Below are positions 15,563-22,294 of a stretch of DNA of 32,000 nt, in pieces (positions within the stretch are counted from its first letter, which is position 1; each line of letters starts with the position of its first letter). The stretch lies in the NCBI GenBank assembly GCA_041662745.1, contig JBAZRV010000001.1:1-32000 (forward strand), in the 5' to 3' direction. Below the pieces are notes generated by a model that worked only from the letters and a program-made list of their open reading frames with translations, was not told the DNA's origin and made no database searches. The stretch is from Patescibacteria group bacterium. Lineage in GTDB: Bacteria; Patescibacteriota; Patescibacteriia; 2-01-FULL-39-33. The position numbers and the translations under genes were made by a program.

Positions 15563-16790
15563 ATCAACCTGGTGAAACCAATGTCAAAACTTTCCGACAA
15601 GGAACAAAACCCAGGGTGATAGATTGAACTAAAATTGACAATCAAACAACCTCAAAATCCGTTGATAACCCGATTAAACTGATTAAAAACGGATTAAGTT
15701 CTGCCAAATTAGACTGGATTTTCCAGTTTAATCGGCTTAACTGGAGGCTAGCAAGCTTGCTCCTAAATGAGCTTCTGCCCCGTTTCTTGCAAACGGGGTG
15801 AAATAAAGCCTACTATCTCCGGCTGTCGGAAAGATTTATTTGATATGGGTCCCCGAATATTTTTGCTTCGACCTAACGGTCTTAACGCAAAAATTTCGAG
15901 GATGACATTGACGGATAATCAGCTAAATAAAACTTGTCGTGCTAAGAACCTTAAATAATAATATTACTGACGCGTCTGTGCCGAATTGCCTTTCATAAAT
16001 TATGAAAAATAATTCGGTGCAGATGCGCGCAGGCATCCGAGCACTACCTTAGAAAAGCTGGCCATCCAAATACGACACCTGATCAGGTCGTTGAGGGAAA
16101 CTCGGCAGTAAGGTAACACAGCCATATAGGGCTGTTCTAAACTTCCGTCATTTCATCGTCATGGCGATGGATGTGATGCGGAAGGACACCTCCTCATTAC
16201 CACAGCGGTAAAAGACCGCTGGAGGAGCTGAATGGATGCCTGGTAAGCATCCGGATTATCCTGAACAGGCTAAGGGGGCAAGCAGATCCGCCAAGAAGGT
16301 GGAGCGGCTGATGGCAAAGCTTAAGCTTGCATCCCATAAAACGCCTAATGTTCAAGATAATCCACTGCGCAAGAATAGTTTCTTAAGGGACGAGAAGAGA
16401 TGTATTACGGCTTTAGCTGAGTAGGATGGAAAAAACCATCGCAAAAAGCAGCCGATCTCTGATCGTGCCCGAGGTTCCTCCGGCAACCGTAATGGCGGTT
16501 GCATGAGAGAAGTCCGACCGATCGGGCTTCAAAGCTATAGGTCGAGGCAGCGGCCATAATAGTAAAAAGACGGGGAGATGACAGCTGAAAATGCTGTTTC
16601 TTGACCCCGCCTGCGATGAAAACCTCATCGCCACGTGGAACTACGCCGAGATCGTAGGAAGCGCTCACGGCTAATGTGAGATGGGTGTGAGGACACCAAG
16701 GAGGCTGGCTAACAGCAACCACTGCACGGTTTTTCTGGTGATTTTTACAGTCGGGAAAAATCACCGTTCCACTTTAGCGAATAAATTATT
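15563..16790 (+). ncRNA. Candidate large (~1.2 kb) structured noncoding RNA or giant structured leader, family unknown
   Basis: No credible ORF. There are at least 10 strong local helices: 15778-15798, 15971-16027, 16142-16184, 16190-16227, 16234-16252, 16483-16502, 16509-16530, 16571-16609, 16613-16631 and 16737-16765. G-U pairs make the structure strand-specific. Interleaved helices at 15656-15735. The exact ends are unknown. Confidence 0.45.
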
Positions 16791-16812
16791 TGTTCACTAA
16801 AGCGGACATTAA
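16737..16812 (+). repeat. Hairpin plus 44-nt box module, copy 1
   Basis: GGTGATTTTT-acagtcggg-AAAAATCACC, then 3 nt, then CCACTTTAGCGAATAAATTATTTGTTCACTAAAGCGGACATTA. The downstream ATG is at 16844. Confidence 0.7.
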
Positions 16813-16843
16813 AAAACCCAATAACCACAGGGAGGATACAATC

Positions 16844-17275
16844 ATGGAAAATCAAGCAACTGGCTTGGTTAATGACCAACTTCGCTCCCAACTGGTAATA
16901 TTAGTCAAACACGGGATTATGCCTCAGCCCAAACCGCTAAAAAATATGGTGCGGGCCAGAAGGATTAATTTTGAAGAAGATGGTGCTAGCAATTTTGGTT
17001 ATTCTGAAATTGTGCTCTGCGTTAATGGCCGAGCTCATTTGAAGGTCAGTCATAGCTGGTTGGAAAATGGCGACCATGATGAAACTAACAATTCAGCAAC
17101 GGTAACTCGTTGCGATTGCCATAACTACCATGATCTGCTGATTAACGCAGAACATGCGGATTTGATCGAAAAATTTCTGCAAACTGATGAAGACCAAAAA
17201 TTAGAACAAACATTTGCACCATTTACATTTCCGTGTGACTATTTACAAAACCAACAACCAGGAGATTTATCATGA
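16844..17275 (+). CDS. Hypothetical protein (143 aa)
   Basis: ATG at 16844 with SD GGGAGGA 7 nt upstream. The track's TTG start at 16790 falls inside the conserved box. I recognise no family. Confidence 0.6.
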   Translation: MENQATGLVNDQLRSQLVILVKHGIMPQPKPLKNMVRARRINFEEDGASNFGYSEIVLCVNGRAHLKVSHSWLENGDHDETNNSATVTRCDCHNYHDLLINAEHADLIEKFLQTDEDQKLEQTFAPFTFPCDYLQNQQPGDLS

Positions 17276-17565
17276 GCGATACGAGACAGAAGTGCCAGTT
17301 GTGCGGTGGTTTGGGTATGAATGGGGCCAAGTGGCTGGTTAAGACGAACGACGGCAAATCCGTCCAGGTGCATAAGCCCTGCGGCGAAAAGCTGATCGAA
17401 TCGGCACCAGCTGAGGTAGGCGCTAAACTCGTCCCGAGTCCCGAGCTGAAAGCCGAATGGACCGCCAAGCGGACCGAACGACAAGCCAGGGACTTTTGGG
17501 CGAGCCGATGCCCGCAACTACTTGAGATCAAGAAAGATCTTGAGCAAAAGGAGAACACGACATGA
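17272..17565 (+). CDS. Hypothetical protein (97 aa) with an N-terminal CxxC...C zinc-ribbon-like pattern
   Basis: ATGA start/stop overlap with the upstream ORF, and SD AGGAG. Sequence KCQLCGGLG...VHKPCGEKL with a basic helical C-terminus. Confidence 0.6.
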   Translation: MSDTRQKCQLCGGLGMNGAKWLVKTNDGKSVQVHKPCGEKLIESAPAEVGAKLVPSPELKAEWTAKRTERQARDFWASRCPQLLEIKKDLEQKENTT

Positions 17566-17586
17566 CCTAGCACCCTTACAGGTTTT

Positions 17587-17658
17587 GATGATTTACCCTT
17601 AAAAAATCATCAGCCCACTTGAGTGAATAAATTATTTGTTCATTAAAGCGGACGTTAC
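17587..17658 (+). repeat. Hairpin plus 44-nt box module, copy 2
   Basis: GATGATTT-acccttaaa-AAATCATC, then 3 nt, then CCACTTGAGTGAATAAATTATTTGTTCATTAAAGCGGACGTTA. That is 4 mismatches to copy 1 over 44 nt, with the same hairpin-to-box spacing. Confidence 0.7.
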
Positions 17659-17682
17659 TAAACATCAAAAAGAGGGATAACC

Positions 17683-17889
17683 ATGAATGATGAAGACAAA
17701 CTTCGCCGACACCAAATTCGACAACTCAGTCAGGCCAAAGACCATGCCAAACGTCGGCAAATAGGTCGGAAAAGACAAGCCGGTACCGAAGACCTGACCA
17801 AAAACCAATTTGAGAAAAAATTTCCGCACCTATCAATCAAAGTTTGGTATGCCCAGCGCTGCTTTGTTGGCAAGGGTTACGATTGGTAA
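17683..17889 (+). CDS. Hypothetical small basic protein (68 aa)
   Basis: ORF track. SD AGAGGGA upstream and a terminator downstream. Confidence 0.5.
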   Translation: MNDEDKLRRHQIRQLSQAKDHAKRRQIGRKRQAGTEDLTKNQFEKKFPHLSIKVWYAQRCFVGKGYDW

Positions 17890-17910
17890 AAAATGTAACT
17901 TTTTAAATTA

Positions 17911-17941
17911 AAAAGACGAGGCGTCAAAACCTCGTCTTTTA
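17911..17941. terminator. Bidirectional rho-independent terminator (accessory cassette versus leuS)
   Basis: AAAAGACGAGG-cgtcaaaa-CCTCGTCTTTT. Confidence 0.85.
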
Positions 17942-17958
17942 TAATTGAATAATTAAAA

Positions 17959-20877
17959 TCAAACCACAATACTGACCAACTTGCCTTTAATAAAAATAAC
18001 TTTCTTGGGCTCGCCAGTCAAATATCTTTTAACGTTTGCATCATTAAGCGCCGCGGCCTTGGCTGTCTCCTCCGTTACATCCGTCGGTAAAACCAATTTT
18101 GCTCTAATTTTGCCATTAACCTGCACTGGAATTTCCTTTTCAGCATCAACGACTTTAGCCGGATCATACTCTGGCCATTTTTCTTTAAAAATACTAGTTT
18201 CGTGCCCGAGCTGATACCATAATTCTTCACACATATGTGGAGCAAAAGGAGATAAGATAATTAGAAACGATTTTTTGATAAATTCTAAAGAAGCCTCATC
18301 TATTTTTTGTTTATCTACTTTTTTTTCTACTTCATTTTTCCCTGTATTCCAAAAATTTATCAAAATCATAAATTGAGAAATCGCGGTATTAAACTTCATT
18401 TCTTCTATATCTTCCCCAGCTTTCTTTATTATCCTATGCATTTCTCTAATCATCCAACCTTCATTAGGTGATATCTTATTCCACCAATCTTTATCCTGAT
18501 AAAATTCCCAAACCTTATTCAAAAACCGATGCACGCCCAAAATATTTTTTGTACTCCAGGGTTTCATATCTTCCAAGGGGCCCATAAACATTTCATACAT
18601 GCGGAAAGTGTCGGCGCCATATTCTTTCAGGATGTCATCGGGATTAACCACATTGCCGCGAGACTTAGACATCTTCTCTCCATCCTCTCCCAAAATCAAA
18701 CCCTGATTAACCAGCTTGGCAAACGGCTCCTCAAACGGCACTGCTTCAATATCAAATAGAACCATATTCCAGAACCGAGCATAAAGCAAATGCAAAACCG
18801 CATGCTCAGCACCGCCCAAATACAAATCAACCGGCAACCAATACTTCAATTTTTCTTGATCGGCGAAAGCTTTGTCATTGTGCGAATCAATATATCTTAA
18901 CCAATACCAAGAAGAACCGGCCCATTGGGGCATAGTGTTGGTTTCGCGCTTAGCCGGACCGCCGCAGGTAGGGCAAGTCGTATTAACCCACTCGTCAATG
19001 GTCGCGAGCGGCGACTCGCCCGTTCCGGTCGGTTCGTATTTTTCTACTTCCGGCAAAGTCAAAGGCAAGTCTTTTTCCTCAAGCGGCACAATACCGCATT
19101 TCTCGCAGTGAACTAACGGAATCGGCTCGCCCCAATAGCGTTGGCGCGAAAATACCCAGTCGCGCAATTTATAATTAATCGCTTTCTGTCCGCAGCCCTT
19201 CTCTTCCAGCCAATCAGTCATCTTACCAATTGCTTTGGCCGGCGCCAAACCATTTAAAAATTCAGAATTAACCATCAAGCCATTATCAACATCGGTATAG
19301 GCGATATCGCCTTTTTTAATCCGCTCCAACCAAATATCCATTTCGGCATGAACCATAAAATCCAAAGTCAGCTCGTCCGGATTCTTCCATAAAATCTCAT
19401 TCTGAGCTTCCTTTTCCTCGTCAGAAATATCCACCTGTTCCTCATCAATTAAATCAAACTCTACTAAGTTGGTATAAGAAACACGATTAACATCTTTGTG
19501 ATTAGCAAAATATTCGGCTCGCACCTGTCCGCCCAAAATCTTGCCATTAGCAAGATTCTTATAACCGGTTTCTTCCAGAACTTCCCGCTTGGCCGCTGCC
19601 AGTAAATCCTCATCTTGGCCAACACCGCCCATCGGAAAAGTAACCCAGTTATATTTGTGGGAATGCAAGCATAAGATTTTTCCGGTTTTAGGATTTCTAA
19701 CCACTACTTGGACGTTATGCCTCTCAATTTTTTCCTTGCCAACGACCGGTGGGTTCCTTTTATCGATCCTCTCCGGAATAATCACTTCAATAATGGGCAA
19801 ATCAAACTTCTTGGCAAACTCGAAATCCCGCTCATCATGCGCCGGCACCGCCATAATCGCGCCCGTGCCATAGGTCGCCAAAACATAATCGGAAATCCAG
19901 ATAGGAATTTCAGTATTATTGACGGGATTAATCGCCTTAATGCCTTTTAATTCAACGCCGGTTTTGTCTTTATTCAATTCTGTCCTTTCCAAATCTGATT
20001 TATTTTTAGCAGTTACAATATAATCTTCAACTTCAGGAAAGTTACTGATTTTATCTTTCAATTCTTGAACCAATTTATGCTCCGGCGCCAAAACCATATA
20101 AGTCGCGCCGAATAAAGTGTCGGGGCGCGTAGTATAAACCCTGATTTTTTCATCACTATCGGCAATCTTAAAATCAACTTCCGCTCCCTCGCTTCGGCCG
20201 ATCCAATTTCTCTGCAAAGTTTTGATTGATTCCGGCCAAGCCAGTTTTTCAACTCCCTCTAACAATCTATCGGCATAAGCGGTAATCTTTAACATCCATT
20301 GGCGCATATCGCGGCGCTCCACTGCCGTACCGCAACGATCGCATTTGCCGTCTTTGACTTCTTCATTAGCTAAACCGGTCTTGCAAGACGGACAGAAATT
20401 TATCGGTATGGTGGCTTCATAAGCCAAGCCCTTTTTAAATAATTGCAAAAAAATCCACTGCGTCCATTTGTAATATTTCGGGTCAGTCGTATCCACTTCC
20501 CTGTCCCAATCATAGGAGAATCCCAGTGATTGGATTTGGCGTTTGAAAGTAGCGATATTGGCCTCGGTCGTAATTCGCGGATGCGTGCCGGTTTTAATGG
20601 CATAATTTTCGGCCGGCAAACCAAAGGCGTCCCAACCCATGGGGTGTAAGACATTAAAACCCTTGAGACGCAAATAACGGGAATAAATGTCAGTTGCCGT
20701 ATAGCCTTCCGGATGACCGACATGGAGTCCGGCTCCTGACGGATAAGGGAACATATCCAAAACATACTTTTTAGGCTTGACACTAAAATCTTCGGCCTGA
20801 TCAATTTTGGTGTTCAACCACTTGTCTTGCCATTTTTTTTCTCCGCCCGAAATGATGAATTCTTTGTATGAAGCCAT
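17959..20877 (-). CDS. leuS: Leucine--tRNA ligase carrying an inserted Nudix-hydrolase-like domain
   Basis: HVGHPEGY (HIGH), CP1 editing domain ([25 protein letters not shown]), KMSKS, and [17 protein letters not shown]. At 972 aa it is long for a bacterial LeuRS (from memory). Residues ~368-525 contain the Nudix box [23 protein letters not shown]. Confidence 0.95.
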   Translation of the reverse strand: MASYKEFIISGGEKKWQDKWLNTKIDQAEDFSVKPKKYVLDMFPYPSGAGLHVGHPEGYTATDIYSRYLRLKGFNVLHPMGWDAFGLPAENYAIKTGTHPRITTEANIATFKRQIQSLGFSYDWDREVDTTDPKYYKWTQWIFLQLFKKGLAYEATIPINFCPSCKTGLANEEVKDGKCDRCGTAVERRDMRQWMLKITAYADRLLEGVEKLAWPESIKTLQRNWIGRSEGAEVDFKIADSDEKIRVYTTRPDTLFGATYMVLAPEHKLVQELKDKISNFPEVEDYIVTAKNKSDLERTELNKDKTGVELKGIKAINPVNNTEIPIWISDYVLATYGTGAIMAVPAHDERDFEFAKKFDLPIIEVIIPERIDKRNPPVVGKEKIERHNVQVVVRNPKTGKILCLHSHKYNWVTFPMGGVGQDEDLLAAAKREVLEETGYKNLANGKILGGQVRAEYFANHKDVNRVSYTNLVEFDLIDEEQVDISDEEKEAQNEILWKNPDELTLDFMVHAEMDIWLERIKKGDIAYTDVDNGLMVNSEFLNGLAPAKAIGKMTDWLEEKGCGQKAINYKLRDWVFSRQRYWGEPIPLVHCEKCGIVPLEEKDLPLTLPEVEKYEPTGTGESPLATIDEWVNTTCPTCGGPAKRETNTMPQWAGSSWYWLRYIDSHNDKAFADQEKLKYWLPVDLYLGGAEHAVLHLLYARFWNMVLFDIEAVPFEEPFAKLVNQGLILGEDGEKMSKSRGNVVNPDDILKEYGADTFRMYEMFMGPLEDMKPWSTKNILGVHRFLNKVWEFYQDKDWWNKISPNEGWMIREMHRIIKKAGEDIEEMKFNTAISQFMILINFWNTGKNEVEKKVDKQKIDEASLEFIKKSFLIILSPFAPHMCEELWYQLGHETSIFKEKWPEYDPAKVVDAEKEIPVQVNGKIRAKLVLPTDVTEETAKAAALNDANVKRYLTGEPKKVIFIKGKLVSIVV

Positions 20878-20972
20878 AAAAAAACGCTTTAATTTAGATA
20901 TTTAAAGATTACCACAAACTAAAGCCTTTTTCAACGGCCATTCTCACCGACTTGGTTTGTTGACATTTTCTG

Positions 20973-21001
20973 TTGACATTTTCAGCAACCTTTGCTATAA
21001 T
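20973..21001 (+). promoter_or_regulatory. Perfect consensus sigma70 promoter for the ankyrin gene
   Basis: TTGACA, 17 nt, TATAAT. GTTGACATTTTC is tandemly duplicated (20959-20970 and 20972-20983), and a third TTGACATTTT sits at 21022. Confidence 0.6.
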
Positions 21002-21129
21002 AGTCTATTACTATCAGAACATTGACATTTTAATACAAATAACCCGTTAAAATTTAGTTCTGGGCTGGAAGTTTTGCAATTTCTATAAACATTATTAGCA
21101 AACAAAAACCAAACAAAAAGGAGAGGCAA

Positions 21130-21873
21130 ATGACCGAAAGTAAAGACGGGGCAAATATTGGTAAACCCCAAAACGCTGACGATTATGAGAAGGCTACTCG
21201 CTATAAATTAATAGAATATTGCGCTGGAGGCAACAGTAATACCTGCTTAGCATTCTTAGCGAATTACTGCTCCACGCGCTTTTATCCTCGTCGTCTTGAT
21301 TTTAACGCTTATAGCGTCAAAGAACATCCAACAGAGGATCTTAGCGCCTTAACTCCGCTTACCGCTGCTTGCGGCTTAACATTGACTGGCAGCTTCGCCA
21401 GACGAAGCGAAGAAGATAAACGGTTAGAAATCGTCAAAAAGTTATTGCAATACCATACCGATCCCAATTTCCAACCGACCGGCAGTAGCTTCTGGAATAC
21501 GCCTCTCATGATCGCGGCTTGGATCGGCTACGAAAAAATAACCGAACTGCTTCTGCGATATGGCGCCGCGATCAATTGTTCTGATCGCCATAATTCTACT
21601 GCCTTGATTTATGCGGCCGGCCAAGGCCACAAAAAAATCGTTGAACAATTGCTTGAGGCTGGCGCTGATCCAGAAATAATCAATAGCCGAGGCTGGTCGG
21701 CCATTCACTATGCAGTGGCCAAAGCCTACATTGGAATAATCAGAATTTTAATGAAAAAACAAGGTATCACTCCTGAGGAACTGGGCCTGATTGAAAAAAG
21801 CGTTTTCCAGAAAACCAACGTTAAAATCGTTAGCCCGACAATCGTCCAAAACACCTATCCGGCGCCAGGCTGA
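21130..21873 (+). CDS. Ankyrin-repeat protein (about 4 ANK repeats)
   Basis: NTPLMIAAWIGYEKITELLLRYGAAIN, STALIYAAGQGHKKIVEQLLEAGADPE and WSAIHYAVAKAYIGIIRILM. SD AAAGGAGAGG. No signal peptide seen. Confidence 0.85.
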   Translation: MTESKDGANIGKPQNADDYEKATRYKLIEYCAGGNSNTCLAFLANYCSTRFYPRRLDFNAYSVKEHPTEDLSALTPLTAACGLTLTGSFARRSEEDKRLEIVKKLLQYHTDPNFQPTGSSFWNTPLMIAAWIGYEKITELLLRYGAAINCSDRHNSTALIYAAGQGHKKIVEQLLEAGADPEIINSRGWSAIHYAVAKAYIGIIRILMKKQGITPEELGLIEKSVFQKTNVKIVSPTIVQNTYPAPG

Positions 21874-21917
21874 TTATTAATGGCCGGCACAACCATTTTA
21901 CCTTAGCACTTTTTCCC

Positions 21918-21958
21918 TCCTCGCAAACAGCTGTCGGTTCGCGAGGATTTTTTATTTT
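21918..21958 (+). terminator. Rho-independent terminator of the ankyrin gene
   Basis: TCCTCGC...GCGAGGA stem followed by TTTTTTATTTT. Confidence 0.65.
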
Positions 21959-21985
21959 ACAAAAACCGCCCCGAAAGAGGCGGTT
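21959..21985 (-). terminator. Rho-independent terminator of the uvrA-distal small gene
   Basis: Minus strand AACCGCC-tctttcgg-GGCGGTT followed by TTTTGT. Confidence 0.6.
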
Positions 21986-21991
21986 GAAGTG

Positions 21992-22225
21992 CTAACTCAT
22001 AATCAGACGATCGGTTTTTTGTAAAAGCGCCACAACTTCCGGATCATCAATTTTGCCGATTAATTCCAAATCTCCGCTGTTTCGGATATCGGGCCCATAC
22101 TGCCTCAGCATCACGGTCAGTTGATCATCCGGCCCGAAAGCCGCCCGCATAGTCTGTGGCGCCGGCACCACCAGCCGCAAAATGCCAGTGGACTTTTCTT
22201 TAACGACCGTACCGAATGGAATCAT
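21992..22225 (-). CDS. Hypothetical small protein (77 aa)
   Basis: ORF track. SD AGGAGGG 7 nt upstream. Lies just downstream of uvrA on the same strand. No family recognised. Confidence 0.5.
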   Translation of the reverse strand: MIPFGTVVKEKSTGILRLVVPAPQTMRAAFGPDDQLTVMLRQYGPDIRNSGDLELIGKIDDPEVVALLQKTDRLIMS

Positions 22226-22294
22226 GGCTTACCCTCCTGATGTTTAGTTATTCCAAAATCAAGTACTGCAAAAAATTAAATTTATAAGTTTCGG

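Noticed and set aside
15767-15958. Plus-strand 63-aa ORF inside the large RNA
   Set aside because: No SD, an odd composition, and it runs across several strong hairpins.
16081-16110. TCAGGTCGTTGAGGGAAACTCGGCAG resembles the SRP RNA domain IV apex (CAGGTCCGGAAGGAAGCAGC)
   Set aside because: Only the GGAA loop and a few flanking bases match. The symmetric and asymmetric loop nucleotides and the helix register of 4.5S/SRP RNA are absent.
16236-16424. Plus-strand 62-aa Lys/Arg-rich ORF preceded by GGAGGAG
   Set aside because: Not fully excluded, because the SD spacing is acceptable. However, the SD-like GAGGAG is the 3' strand of a 6-bp helix with CTCCTC (16190-95), the ATG sits in the GGATGC/GCATCC hairpin, and the peptide is low-complexity. 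I treat it as part of the RNA pending Ribo-seq or conservation evidence.
16501-16530. GAGAGAAGTCCGACC resembles the RNase P RNA CR-I/P4 sequence GAGGAAAGTCCGGGC
   Set aside because: It folds into a self-contained 9-bp hairpin with the immediately following sequence. I find no matching 3' P4 strand (ACAGAA.CCGGCTTA-like) or other RNase P conserved regions.
16405-16764. Minus-strand ORFs 16405-16764 (119 aa) and 16413-16634 (73 aa)
   Set aside because: Cys/His/Arg/Pro-rich nonsense-like sequences with no SD, antisense to the helix-dense GC-rich RNA region. They are open by compositional chance.
16790-16843. TTG start of track ORF 16790-17275
   Set aside because: The TTG lies inside the duplicated 44-nt box and has no SD. 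ATG 16844 has GGGAGGA at ideal spacing.
14440-17960. Integrated prophage or ICE with the partial tRNA as an att site
   Set aside because: There is no integrase, no full-length tRNA and no convincing direct repeats at the two borders, only generic A/T runs of terminators.
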